From assembly GCA_012295275.1 (NCBI GenBank), contig CM022671.1, forward strand, positions 21,948,001 to 22,012,000: a stretch of DNA of 64,000 nt, in the 5' to 3' direction. Under the pieces are notes generated by a model. It was not told where the DNA came from, did no database searches, and saw only the letters and a list, made by a program, of their open reading frames with translations. The position numbers and the translations under genes are program-made. This document shows, one piece after another, positions 11,121 to 25,234 of the stretch. The number at the start of each line of letters is the position of its first letter. Position 1 is the stretch's first letter. Source of the stretch: Chrysomallon squamiferum. Lineage: Eukaryota > Animalia > Mollusca.

Positions 11121-13919
11121 ATATGACTTTACCAAACAGACAACATAGATGTCCAAAAAATTTGAAATTAACAGATTGATGGGCCTATGTTTTATATGTG
11201 GTGCTGGCCAATAATGACAATGCTTATAAATCTAAGACTGAAGATAGAACAGCAATCCCACAAGGAAATAACTATAACTGTTTAAAAGAAACTGATTTTA
11301 TAAGATAACATTAAAACTTTTAACTTTGATTCAGTCAACAGTAGAAAAACAATTTGACATCTGCCATGGTTTGCTGATTTTTATGTCTGGCAGGTGGTGA
11401 GTTCAAACCTTGCCAAGTGCTCTGGCTACAGTCTCAGCTGGAATTAATTAATACCATCTGTTGACTTTTCTCTCTTTAATTCACTTACTAACAGAGTAAG
11501 AAATATCTTGTGCATAAATTTGCTAAAAAAAAGTTTAAAAAAAAGTAATATCTGAACAATCTTTGGCTGTTCAGTTTATTGCTGCCATTAATTCATTGTG
11601 ATGGTAACCAAAAACATCTTCTCACAAACTGAAAATAAAAACTTAATATATGAATGTGTTAACTGAAAAAAAAACCTCAGTTGAATTTTCAGCTTTTTGA
11701 AGCATGATGTATGTAAATTTATATGTAATGTGATAGAATATATTTATAACTTGATAGAAATGTTAAAATGTATGTAACAATAAACAGGAAGACCCCTCTT
11801 AGATATTTAGTTGCTTGTTTGTAGGTTTTTTTGTTCTCTTTGTTGTTGTGGGGTTTTTTTGTTCTGTTTGTTGTTGTGGGGGTTTTTTGTTGTTGTTGTT
11901 GTTGGGCTTTTTTTGTTGGTTTTATGTTTGTTCGTTTTTTTTTTCATCATGGAGGTATAATTACCTCTATAATTTTAGATTTTAACTATTATCTGCTGCT
12001 GGGAAGAGTGAGAATTTAACTTCAGATATTAATTAATTTTATTTTATTCATTTCAGTTTTAAAAATTAGTTTCTATTATGCAGGTACCTGAAAACCCATA
12101 TATTTCAACCACAATTTTTATTATTTTTTATTAATAATATTTATTTTTTATTTTTTTTATTTTTTTGTTGTTGTTAAAGGGAAAATATTTTGAAGTTCTA
12201 GTTTGAATTTTGTATGCAGGTACATTTTTTTTCATATTTAATGTCCCAGATTTTATTCATAATTAAGAACAAAGAAAAAGAAACTTCAGACCCTGTAAAC
12301 TGAAGAAGATTTTTTATTTTGTTTGCAGGAAAGTTTATATACTAAACAGTAAAAATTTCATTCACATTTAAACAAAAAAAAAAATAAAAAATTACAGTAC
12401 ATTGAAAAACCTTTGAATAATCTGCATACTATAATTTACTGGTGAAATTATACACATCAAAGATTGCACCTGTAAATAGGAAATGAAACTTGAATACCTG
12501 TTGACATGAAAATCTTTGGCCTTCCTGTCTATTGCTCTTTCTACATTGAACTGCATTAACAGTAAACATCATTTGTCATACTACAAATCTGTATTTAATT
12601 GAAATGCACCCATGAATGAATACACTTCTGTGAATATGAAAGTCTTTTATCAGAAATTTTATTAGAATTGCAACAGGTACATTGCAATATATGAAATATA
12701 TTGAATCTGTACATATATAGAAAAAATAATTACTGAAAATATACCTACATATGTATATTAAAATATCAGTTCTGCAGGTATACTTCAATATATGCAGTGT
12801 AGAAAGTATGTTACATTAGCCTTAAAAAATGTGTGTTTTATGTATGTGTGTGTGTGTGTGTCTGTGTGTATGTGTGTGTGTTTTGTGTTAAAACACATTT
12901 TTGAGTTTAAAGCAGCATTACACAAATTTCACATTATATCAGATATATATATTATATATTAAATTTTAAATCAATAATACATATGGTTGTGCATGTATGT
13001 GTGTGTGCATGTGTGTGGGTGTGTGTGTGTTATGGATTTAAAATTTGTTTTAGTATTAACACTGTCAAAAAAATATATTACTAATCATGATGTTCATTTT
13101 TAACATTAATTTTCTGTGTATGTTTGAGAAATGATGGGAACAGGAAAATATATCAGCATTCACATAACCCTTACATACACATGCATACTCACACACATGC
13201 ACAGAGTATAAATCATTTTTCATTTTATTTGAACATTTGAATTCGTGTTTTAAGTTTTAGAAATGGCAAGCCTTTATACCTCTGATAATATGTCTGTTGA
13301 TAAAATCATACACACACAAAAATGTAATAAATCACGACTTTTAATATCATTTAAACCAGCTTCCAGGGTCTTTTCAATCCCAAAATATACATTTAATCTT
13401 AAAATAGCTAGAATATATTTTTTTTATAAAAGGATTTTGAATTTAAATTTTTTCTTTTTTTTTTTTAATAAAGATGATGATAAAAAAAAAATATGTAAAA
13501 AAAAAAAAGGTTAAAAAAAAATATATATATATAGAAATTTCAAAACGTAAAAAAACAACTTTGATGAAAACTTTAAAAGCAATTTTCAGAAATGCATTTG
13601 GGAAATGAACTTTAGAGGAAAGGTTTTAAAAACATAATCTTCGGAATCAGTCTTTGGAAACAGGCTCTAAACAAACACATGCAGTATCTGATTGTGAATA
13701 TACACAAACAAAATGAGTGTAGGAGACATGACGTATCGTGCTGCAGAACGTATTGCACATTTACCAAACACTTTGTTATCATTATTTTCAAAACTGACTG
13801 TAAAAAAACCAAAGAGAGAAGAAAAGAACCATTGTGTGAAAGGAAGTCCATGTTTTTCTTTTCCGAGTTTTCATTTTATCAGTGAAAGTAATGAAAAAGC
13901 AGTATTAGATAATTAAGTT

Positions 13920-13985
<66 letters not shown>

Positions 13986-15295
13986 AAGAGTTAAAAAGCA
14001 AAAGGGGAAAATGGTGTTTAGAATTAAAGAAATAAATGATGGAATAAATGAAATTTGGATTACAAAAGAAAAAACTTAATGTAGAATGAAAGAAAAGAAA
14101 GAAGGAATGGAGGAGAAAAGTAGGAAAAGAAGAAAATAAATGAATAAAGAATGAAATTAAAAAAATAATAATAAAAACGGAAGAAAAATGGTTTTCAGTG
14201 TTAGCTGAGATAGTAAATACTATATTTATTCACCAAGTGCACAAGTTCTGCTTCTGACTTTTAAAAAACAACAACAACACACACATGAAATATAGAATTT
14301 TGGACAGCTTTACAACATTTTCATGTGTTCGTATCTTGTAATTTAAAAAAACTGCAAAAAAAAACAAACAACAACATATTTATCACTGAACAATTAGTAA
14401 TTCTAGTCATACTGATATCTGTACCATTACATTAATACTAGACAGAATAATGTAAAACAAGCTACAGCTCTGGGGTAGGGTGGTAGCTGCCATGAGGTGG
14501 ACCCGAGGACTAATTTCCAATTCTAACCAGTTCCCAATATTTAAATAACTCACAGGAGTGACCCTTCTCAATGCACCATGTGTGTTATTTCCTGTTCCAA
14601 CAGCATCAAACTTCAGGGAGATATCATTGTGGTGAATATAAACATTTAATAACTGATCCTTTTTCTGTTACAAATGTTTACTTTATCAGATTTTCAGTAT
14701 GTCATATTTATGTATATACTTATGCATATGCTCTATATCCCACATTCAGTACGTCATATCTAGTTACAAATGTACATTTTAGTATGTAACATATATTTAC
14801 AAATGTACATTTTATCCTGTTTTATATAAACTACTTTCAAATATACATATGTGTCTTATCTCTTTACAAATACACACTTCATCCTATATTAAGTATTTCA
14901 TATCTTCTTACAAATACATACACTTTATGTCATGTTCAGTATATCATACTATCCTACACTGCCATTCAGTTCAAACAGTAATTCCACTTCTGTATGATTT
15001 TTGTCACCCCAACAACAAAATATTGTCATTGTAAGTAGAAACTGAACAATACAGATGTTTGATGACCTTGTAACTGATTATACCTTCTTGCTTTGACAAG
15101 ACCCCCCCCCCCTCCTGCCAGTCCCTGGGGAGAGGGGAACATGACAGACTGGACTTGTTGCTCTTTTGACAGTCGTACATCTTTGTGTTGTTGTAAACGT
15201 TGTCACAAAGTTAACATGAATATGTAAACAGTGTGAAATGGAGAAAAACAAGAATGTGTGAAAAGAAACGAAAGAGGTTTTTGTAAGCAATGGGT

Positions 15296-15576
15296 ACTGT
15301 GTGGTGTGTGTGTGACTTGGTGTGATAAAACTCTTTTGTTACTGTGTGGTGTGTGTGTGACTTGGTGTGATAAAACTCTTTTGTTACTGTGTGGTGTGTG
15401 TGTGACTCGGTGTGATAAAACTCTTTTGTTACTGTGTGGTGTGTGTGTGACTTGGTGTGATAAAACTCTTTTGTTACTGTGTGGTGTGTGTGTGACTTGG
15501 TGTGATAAAACTATTTTGTTACTGTGTGGTGTGTGTGTGTGTGTGACTTGGTGTGATAAAACTCATTTGTTACTGT
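15296..15576. repeat. 45-bp minisatellite, 6 near-identical copies
   Basis: ACTGTGTGGTGTGTGTGTGACTTGGTGTGATAAAACTCTTTTGTT starts at 15296, 15341, 15386, 15431, 15476, 15521. Confidence 0.95.
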
Positions 15577-16915
15577 ACAGTTATTTAGTTCTTAAGTTTT
15601 GTTTGTTTGTTTGTTTTGATATACTTGTTGTTTATTTTATTTATTTGATCTAATATTTGTCCTTTTTGCTTTCTTTTTCTTTTTTTCTAATACTACTACT
15701 ACTAATAATAATAATAATAATAATAATAAGAAGAAGAAGAAGAAAAAAAATATTAAAAAGCCACAGAGATATTTTATATACAAAAATTTAGTATACATCT
15801 GAGACCAGTGAATCAGTACTGGTCTACAATAAACACTTTGATAAAGATGTATTGTATTTCTAAACTCTTTATGATGTAATACATAAATAAACAATGAATT
15901 AATCCTTTGTAAAAACAACAACAAAAAAAAAAAAAAATGTGGCATCTTTTGAATATAAAGGAAGAATGTAGTGCATTTACAAACAGTTTATTTTTTTTTT
16001 AAAAACAGTGCAGTGTATTTTATGCTATTCTGGGTGAATGAATGGTATTATAACAATTATACCAATTCAACGTATTTGTATACAAAATTCTGGGATTTAT
16101 TTTGAATGACATGCTAGAAATTAAATAATTGTAACAACATAGTACATTTTTGAATGTAATACATTTACAAACAATCAAATTCATTTTGTATACAGTGTGT
16201 GAACGTATACATTCATAAATAGTTAAAATCATTTAAAAACAATAACAATCTAGTACATTTGTTTACGTGTATGGTGACACAATGTCATTTGTTCATAAAC
16301 AGGGAACTGTTACATAGAAAATAATTCTAACAATATAGTACATTTTTATACAGGGTGTGAATGTAAAACATTCACAGGCAAAGATTACTGTCATAACAAG
16401 TTACAATACATTACATTGTTACAGAACTGGTGGGTAATACAAATAAAAACAATGGATCCAGTTAGAACAGTGTATTACTGCCTGACACTGACAGGCTTGT
16501 ATCCAAAATATATTCAAGTATGTAAATATAAAAATACAAAGTAACCAAATTCATTTCTTCATTTCTCAATGCACTGAAGCGTCAACAACACGTTATATTT
16601 ATTTTAACGAAACTTTTAAGAGAAACAGCTAGAGTTCTAATTGAAATTTTCAATACTGCAGCATTACCCTGGTCTTAACACGAATAAAGCAAAAATAATT
16701 TAATACAAGAAAGAAGCCGGATAAAGAAATAAAGAAAATAACTAACAAAAAAACAAACAAACAAAAACACCCACTGCTTTCGTTTTGATTTCTTTTTTTA
16801 GACCGCTATCGTTTTCAGTTACAGATGCTCTTTTTTTTTTTTTTTTTTTTCTCACTCTCAAAAAAACCACCACACATATTTTTTTAACGTTATCAACAAG
16901 CAGAATGAATCTTAC

Positions 16916-17180
16916 CTTTCTTACAGATATGTTCCTCTGTATTGTTTCCTATCAATACAGTGAGAATCCGAGCTTGTCATAGAGGCACACACAGTTTATC
17001 AAAACTTAACACACACTCACTCACACACAGTGACAATATCCCTTCAGTCTAGCATAGCCGCTAGAGTAGCAGTGGTAGTGGTGGTGGTGGTAGCAGTACT
17101 GAAGTAAGATCTAAACAGCGCTATGTGCCTGCGCTGTGTTTGTATCTCCCTCTTTCACTGGCACGACCCCGGCCAATCAC
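16916..17180 (-). promoter_or_regulatory. Putative internal alternative first exon and promoter of the minus-strand gene
   Basis: Donor GAAAG|GTAAGA at 16916, locally raised CpG/GC at about 16.6-18.1 kb, CCAAT box (GGCCAATCA) at 17171-17179. Confidence 0.5.
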
Positions 17181-17754
17181 AGTTCTGTGTGTGTGCGGCG
17201 TGCTGTAAGGTTATTGTGTAAGTGAGGCAGAATCACTTTAGCGTTATTTATATATTTTTATGTGTGTGTGTGTGTGTTGGGGTGGCGATGGTCGTTTTAT
17301 GTGTGTATGTATGTACGTGCGTGTGTGTATATATATATAGGAAGTGCGTGTAAATATTTTGTGAGATTTTACAGTGTTCACAGAATGAGAATAAGTTTAT
17401 TTTTGTATGGGTTGTATTTGTATGTGTGTGTGTGTATATGTTTGATACTTGCATGTATATACCTGCATGAGTGTGTGTATGTATGGGTGTTCATGTATAT
17501 CTGAAGCATGTGTATATGTAATATTTGAATATTTTTATTTATATATAATTAATATTTTATTTCTTTCTTTCTTTCTTCGTCTTATTATTATTAGTCCTTT
17601 TTATATATATATATATTCTACTTTCATTTTCATTACAATTAGTATAAACTATCATCATCGTATCCCTACTTCCTTAATCTTTTTTACTTTATTGAATTTC
17701 GTAGTAAACTTTTAATATCCAAAACGGCCAAGTTTTTTAATCACCACATTTTTG

Positions 17755-17807
<53 letters not shown>

Positions 17808-18154
17808 CGCTCAGTTCTGAGAGTTGCAGGAAGCTGAAGAAGAAAGAGCACGCGGTGTTTATAATAGACCAAATTACCACGCTCACTGCAGGTTCACAAC
17901 AGACAGGTTTCCTTACATCAAAGTAAACACATCCCAGGCAGCTGTAAACGAACGTGGCGTCTGCTACTAACAGACAAAACACAGGAGGGAAGAAAGGGAG
18001 GGAAGAAAAAAAGGAGGGGCTTGTTTCTCTGCTGGTCGGACTCTGGGTGATGGGAAAAGGGGGAAGGAAGGGTGACTGGTGAAAGAGAAATGTTTATTAG
18101 TTATGAGGAGAGAGCTGAATAAGTTTTCTTTGTCTTGTTTTACATTTGGTAAAG

Positions 18155-18490
18155 TTTGTTACTGACCATTATTCGGTCACTGTTACTGGCCATCACAAGG
18201 TTACCATTACTGATCACAGTTTGGTCATTATTGCTGGTCACTATCCACTATTAGGTCACTATTACTGACACTATACTGACATTATTGTTGTATTTACAGG
18301 TTGCTATTACTAACCATTTTTGGTTCACTAATACTGACCAGCACTTCGACACACTATTACTGATCACTATTAGTTGACTGTTACTGATCACTGTCAGGTC
18401 ACTGTTACTAACCACTATTGGGTCACTATTAATGGTCACTATTAGGAGACTACGACCAACCAGATAAAAGTCAGTATTACTGATATCTCT
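18155..18490. repeat. Degenerate short-period minisatellite (GTCACTRTTACTGAYCA core)
   Basis: Recurring cactattactga / gtcactgttact motifs. Confidence 0.8.
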
Positions 18491-20286
18491 GTATACAAAC
18501 TGAACAGTTGTGTAATGAAGACTGGTGTTCTGTGTAGTTGACAAGGGGGTTATGGAAAAGGGCAGTGACCCAGTATGAGAGTCAGACAGAAGATAAATGA
18601 GGTGGGGCAGAGGGTGTTCTGTTTCAAAACTAGATCGTAATGGAAATGTTTTTTTTTTTTTTTTTTTTTGTTTTTGTTTTTAGTTAATTAATTATTTCAG
18701 AAACTACAGAAATGTTTTTTTATATATATATATATAAGAACTCTTAAGCTCAACATTCTTGTCATAAATTTATTTTTTATTTCCAGATTTTATTATTATT
18801 ATGTTTTTTTATTTAAAAATTTTGAAAATGTCTTATTTATGTGTCATTTGAAAATCATAAAATCTGGAAAATGTTTATAGCTTTCTTTTAATTCTCATCA
18901 TTAAACTGTTATTTTATACTGCTGGATTAGAAACATATTTCAAAATGTTTACTCATAATGAATAAATTCATCATAAATGTGAAGATTTAATAAATAAAAA
19001 AAGTAAAAAAAAAAAGAAAACTAATATACAAAAAAAAAAATAGGAATAGTACAAAAGAAAACAGGAATTGAGTTCTGAGTATATTTTTATGTATTTTATT
19101 TTGTATTTTTTTCTTTTCTTTTTATTTTATTACAGTTATTTTATTTCATTTCGTTTTACATTATTTCATTTCACTTCATTTCAGTTTATTAATATTTTTT
19201 TAAATTTTATTTTAATTTTATTATACTTTTTTTTTTTTTTTTTTTTCCATTTCATTTATTTTATTTACGGGGTAGCTTTAGATTATTCCCCCCAAAAAGT
19301 GTCAAAATTACCAAAGAAAAACTGCAGTCTACTTGGGTTTCCGTTGAAATCTGGTTTTGAAACAGAACACCGTTTGCCACATTACCACCTCGCTGATATC
19401 TCCCGGACTATCACAAATAATTTCAGCGAGGCATTATATATGTGTTTTTATTTCACTATCTCTTAGGAGGTGGTCAGTATAAGTTACCACCTGCACATAG
19501 CACGTGCATATTCCTTGCATATTTCACATACACTGTCCAGTCTGGCTTTTAAACACATCACTGCCGATGACCAGTGGTCAGTCTGCGTGGCACAGCATGG
19601 ATAAGTCTCACATTTTCATCTCACAGTTTTATCAACATTTTTGACAATATTTTCTTAACAAGAAACATCTGCGGATGAAACTGCAGGCTGCAGAAGCCCC
19701 ATGAAGTTGGCAATGCACTGATGCAGATGAAATTTTAAACAGATTTCAGAAAACATAGTAAAAATTGCAACTCTATCTATATTTATAACCGAAACTTTTT
19801 TTTTTTTTTTTATAAATCGTAAGATATCAGCATTTTTTTTTATTAATAATGGTTAATATATAAAGCACACACATATATATTATAAACATATATACATATA
19901 TACATACATTCACATATATATATATATATACAAAACATACATTCACACACACACACACACTGATCTTTCAAAGACAGTTTCAGGAAAGCATATGTAATAT
20001 GGATCTTTAGAAGCCTATCTTGAATGGTAAACAAGCCAATGGTAACCCTGAGATGACTTGAGATGGTCACACATGAGGTGATAATCAGTAAGTGTAACAT
20101 ACAGACTAATAGAAGTTGATTTCCTCTCATTTATTATCTGTATCAGATCCAATTTCAAAAACATCTGAGCCAAATTTAATGTAGAAATCGTAACCTCTGT
20201 CTGCAGTTTAGTTAGTGTTTATAGCTTTATGATTTAAATCAGTAATTCTTATATGATCCAGGCCTTTGGTGGTATCATTTAGACTT

Positions 20287-20388
<102 letters not shown>

Positions 20389-20677
20389 ATATATATGTAT
20401 GTATGTATTTATCTATCTAATCTATTTATCTACATATATACATACATTTATAGACAAACAGATAGATATATATATATAGACAGATAGATAAGTAGAAAGA
20501 TAGACTGACAGGTTAGATGTATAGATAAATAGTTAGACATGCAGATAGACGGACATTCACATACAAACAGATAAATCAATACTGTGTTTTCAGCTATTAA
20601 ATTTATAAGATTTTGACATATAAAACAATATCCTATTCCAAATATAGTGTTTGGTATTCAAAATATACTACACACAC

Positions 20678-20724
<47 letters not shown>

Positions 20725-22836
20725 CACACACACACACACGCACACACACACACACACACACTGATTATAAACAAACACGGTATCTAAATTATTTAACAGC
20801 GCACTGCCAGAGTGGACAGACATTTTCACGAGACCATAAACCAGAAAATGCTGCTGCTGCAGCTGCAGCGGCAAAGATGGATGGCTCCACACAAGCAGCA
20901 TAACGAGACGATTTCTGTGTTACAACGGAGGAGACAACCCAGGTAAACAAATCAGTCACAGTGGACAGTTTTACAGCCCACAACTGACCACTGGGCAAGT
21001 TCATAAACATCAGACAAGTGCTCTCATTAGCTAGATGCTGGTCTCCTTTTTTTTTTTTTTTTTTTTTTTTTACTCCCGGTTTCGGATTAACAAAATCTGT
21101 TCCCCTCCCTACTGACAATGACGTGGGGATAAAGATTTATCAGGATTTTTATAAGAGTCTGATTGATGAACGAAGTTCATGTTTAGTTCAGTTTGTTTGC
21201 TTCAACATAAAAAGCTGTACACTAATTTAATTATGACTCGGTCCAGCAGGAGATAATGGTTTCGCATGTAGTCTGACTGTAGCTGCAGTAATGATTTGGT
21301 GGATGGGAACTTAATCAGAGTGGTGCTGGTCATTATTTCAGGAATGTTTTTGCTTCTTTTTTTTTTTTTTTTTGTATTAGTAAAGAACTTAGAAAATTAG
21401 TGTGTTGATATGGAAGAGTTAAAATTTATTATCATTTACTTTTTTTTTTATCTTTATCTGACTGTTTGTCTGTAGTTATCAGCATGTCTGTCTGTCTGGG
21501 TCTATCTCTGTCTCCCTCTTCCCTTTCCTCTCTCTTTATTTCTATGTCTTTCATTCTCTGTCTATTTATCTCATTTTCTTTTTTCTTTCTGTTTATCTCT
21601 CTCTCTCACCCATCCTACCTCCACTTTTTTTCTCACACGTATATTTTGGTAATTCTTTACAACTAATAAATCTTTTGGGAAATGTTTTTCTTCTTTTCTT
21701 TACCAATATCAGTTCTATTTGCATTTTTTTTCTTTTTCTTCTTCTTCTTCTACATTTCAGGGTAAAATGATTTTTCACAGCTGGTTGCAGTGTGAGTTAA
21801 GTGGTATATTCGTATGTAGACGAGACATATCACCGATATTAACCAGCAGGGAGTTATGCTTCTGTGTAATACAAATGTCTCGATTCCAACACTTCCACAG
21901 CATTCAGCCCAGAATGTTATCAAAACGATTTTCAGTTACATACCTCTTTCAACAATGCAAAGTTATGTCTATGAAATACCATTGTAAATGTCTTGGTGAT
22001 TTGATAAAAAAAAAAAAAAAAATTATCGTAATGTTAGGTTACCCAGGTTCAATTCCCATCATCACCAGCGTGAATGTAGGTTAACATATTAGTTTTCTTA
22101 CTGGTTTGTCTAAAAAAAAAAAGAATTTATTTTTCACAAGATACCTTTTTTTTTTTAACTCCACCCTTGTTTATGGAAAGGTCACCCAGCAGAAAAAAAT
22201 GGCACCAATAGAATAATGAAGGGGAAAATGTTTTGTTCATAAAAGAGAGGGATTCTTTATCTGTGATAGGTAAAACTTTAAAAATAATATTCATTATAAA
22301 ATTTAAATAAATAAATAAAAGTTCTTTGGCATTGAATAAGAAAAAATGTGCAATGAGAGAGACATTTTTAAAAATAAGTTGTCACAAAAAAATATGGATG
22401 GATTTATCCTGTGTTTGCCTCATTCTGGATCTGTCAGTAATTATTCTGAAAAAAAAAACACCCAACAACTTTTATTTAAGAAATAAAACAACTAAATGAA
22501 ATAAAAACAAGACAAAGATAACATTTTAATTGACTGAGAGAAGCCAGCAACAGTAAAAAAGAGATTATCTTATTTTACTAGGCACTGGTTTCCAGATACC
22601 AGGTCTAACTTCAGTGATGGTTTGAATGTGTTCACAGTTCTGGTTTGTATTAACCTCCAGCCAGTAGATACCAGTGACATCTCACCTTGTCTTTATAACA
22701 CACCACATTAACCTAGTTCACTTTATTTATTTTGTTTCTAATCTGCTAAAACATATTTATTTATTTATTTATTTATTTTCATTATTTATTTTTCTTTCTC
22801 CCCTCTCTCTTGCTTTCTATCTAGCAGTCTTCCTCC

Positions 22837-22905
<69 letters not shown>

Positions 22906-23025
22906 AAATGAGAAAAACAAGGTATATGGTAAAACGTTCTGTATTTGTCTATCTCATTCCAACACTTTCACTACTGAACTACACTGAGCTCTGAGAACTT
23001 TGATATAAAAATTATGTAAACAGTC

Positions 23026-23506
23026 TTGAATATTTGTTATAGTTCAGTCTAATATTAAGTATTTCTTAAATAACTATTTCGTTTTTTTTCGTTGTGGTTT
23101 TCTATTTCATGCTAGCTGTTAAACCATTAGAAACTAATTCAGCAGACTATCATTACAGCTTTGAATTATGTTAACACCGATGTTACTTAATATAGTGAAA
23201 TAAAAAAAAATATTGGTTTTTTAATTTACATCTATTGATTTTATAAATTTTTTATCTCACGTTTGTATTTTGCAATTAACGATGTTTGAATTTTATTAAT
23301 ACTGAAGTAATTTAATACAATGAAATAAAATATCGTTTCTTTTATTTTACACCTATCCATTTGATAAATAATTTATTTCACATTTGTATTTTGTAATTAA
23401 TGCAGTTTGAATTTTATTAATACCAAAATAATTTAGTACAGTGAAATCATATATCACAGCACCCCCTTGATCTGTTTTAGAACATGTAAGTAGGGTGTAT
23501 CTCTCT
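23026..23506 (+). repeat. Dispersed direct repeat, copy 1, with internal ~120-bp subrepeats
   Basis: Near-identical to 27884-28481. Confidence 0.9.
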
Positions 23507-24204
23507 ATTTTTAATTTTTTATAATGGATTGTTATAAAACGTTTTTCTTTCTGCTACAACTTTTTATTTGATAAATAAAACTTTTATAACTTACTCCTGC
23601 GGAGTAAATAAGAATTTTTATTTTATTTCCCTGGAAACAGTAAAATAATCTGCAATAATAAAAAAAGATGTTTTCTTTATCTTACAACAGATTTTTTTTA
23701 TATAATTTTTTTTTTTTTATAACACATTTACATTTTGGAACTAAACAACTCATGTTCTAAAGTAAACTTTAGAATATTTAAACATTTATTTTATTTTTTT
23801 TTTTTTTTTTTTTTTACAACCATCTCTTTCATATATAATTTTATATAACATTTATATAGTCAAAAAAATTAGAAAATTAAAGCCCAATTCAATACTACAG
23901 TGTATTTAACCCTGAATTTTTTTTTTTTTTTTTTTTTTTTTTTAGATTTTCAATTAAAAGCACCAGTTGACATCTTTATTTTACAATACTGAAATGTGGC
24001 TTCCTATCAGTACACTTAGACAAGTATTGTCAGTTTGATTTCGTTTACGTTTTTTTTAACAGTCAAAGAGTTCAGAATGGAAAGGAAAACTGCCGAATGG
24101 GTAAGCTGAGAAGAGTTGATCCTGTAATCAAATGCACTTCAGAAAGCAGGCAGTTCCTAAGATATAGACCTCCTGTTTCTGTGTGTCTGGTTCAATTATT
24201 GATA

Positions 24205-24278
24205 AACAACAACAATAACAAGAACAATAATAATAATAAAAATAATAATAAAAAAATAAATAAAAAAAATAAAAAAAA

Positions 24279-24309
<31 letters not shown>

Positions 24310-24380
24310 AATAAATAAATTAAATAAATAAAATAAAATAAATAAATAAATTAAATTAAATAAATAAATAAAAAAATATA

Positions 24381-24415
<35 letters not shown>

Positions 24416-24479
24416 AATAAAATAAAATAAATAAATAAATAAATAAAATAAATAAATAAATAAATAAAATAAAATAAAA

Positions 24480-24518
<39 letters not shown>

Positions 24519-24595
24519 AATAAATAAATAAATAAAATAAAATAAATAAATTAATAAAATAAAATAAAATAAATAAATAAATAAATAATAAAAAA
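24205..24595. repeat. (AAAT)n/(AAAAT)n tract
   Basis: Direct inspection. Confidence 0.95.
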
Positions 24596-25139
24596 TTCTA
24601 ATGCTGAAAGGAAGGGGAAACTGATTTTTGTAGTCATAAGTTCATGTTTACATTTTTTTAAAAACTCCTCACCACAGCAGTTTTATTTTCAGCCTTTTGA
24701 ACTAATTGAATTAATTCAACGACCTTTGCAAACTGATTCAATTATTCTCAAAGCAATTTGTAAAAGCTTCATCTGCAGCTTTTTTTTCAACAAGATCAAA
24801 ATTAACTGAATAAAAACTTTTAAATTAATTTCTCTGTTGTTTTTTTTTTTTTTTTTTCTCCAAATTTAATGCAGAGTTGCAATACCAAAACAGATTTTCT
24901 GGCATGAAAATTGCTAAAACAAACCAAAAAAACCCCACCCCCATCAAAGCCGATTTAAGAAAAAGATACAAAAGATGCTGCAGTATCTTTGTAAAGATTT
25001 ATAGTGGCAGGTTTATTTCTGAGCAGGACTACATTGGTAGTGGAAATAGGAATTTGATAAGAAAATTGGATTGTAGGTGATGAAACATGCAACGCAGCAG
25101 TAATTTACTAACTTTGAGATTGGCTATTTATGTAATGTA

Positions 25140-25234
<95 letters not shown>

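Noticed and set aside
15296-15576. CRISPR-like regular repeat
   Set aside because: Head-to-tail identical units with no unique spacers; eukaryotic context; no cas genes.
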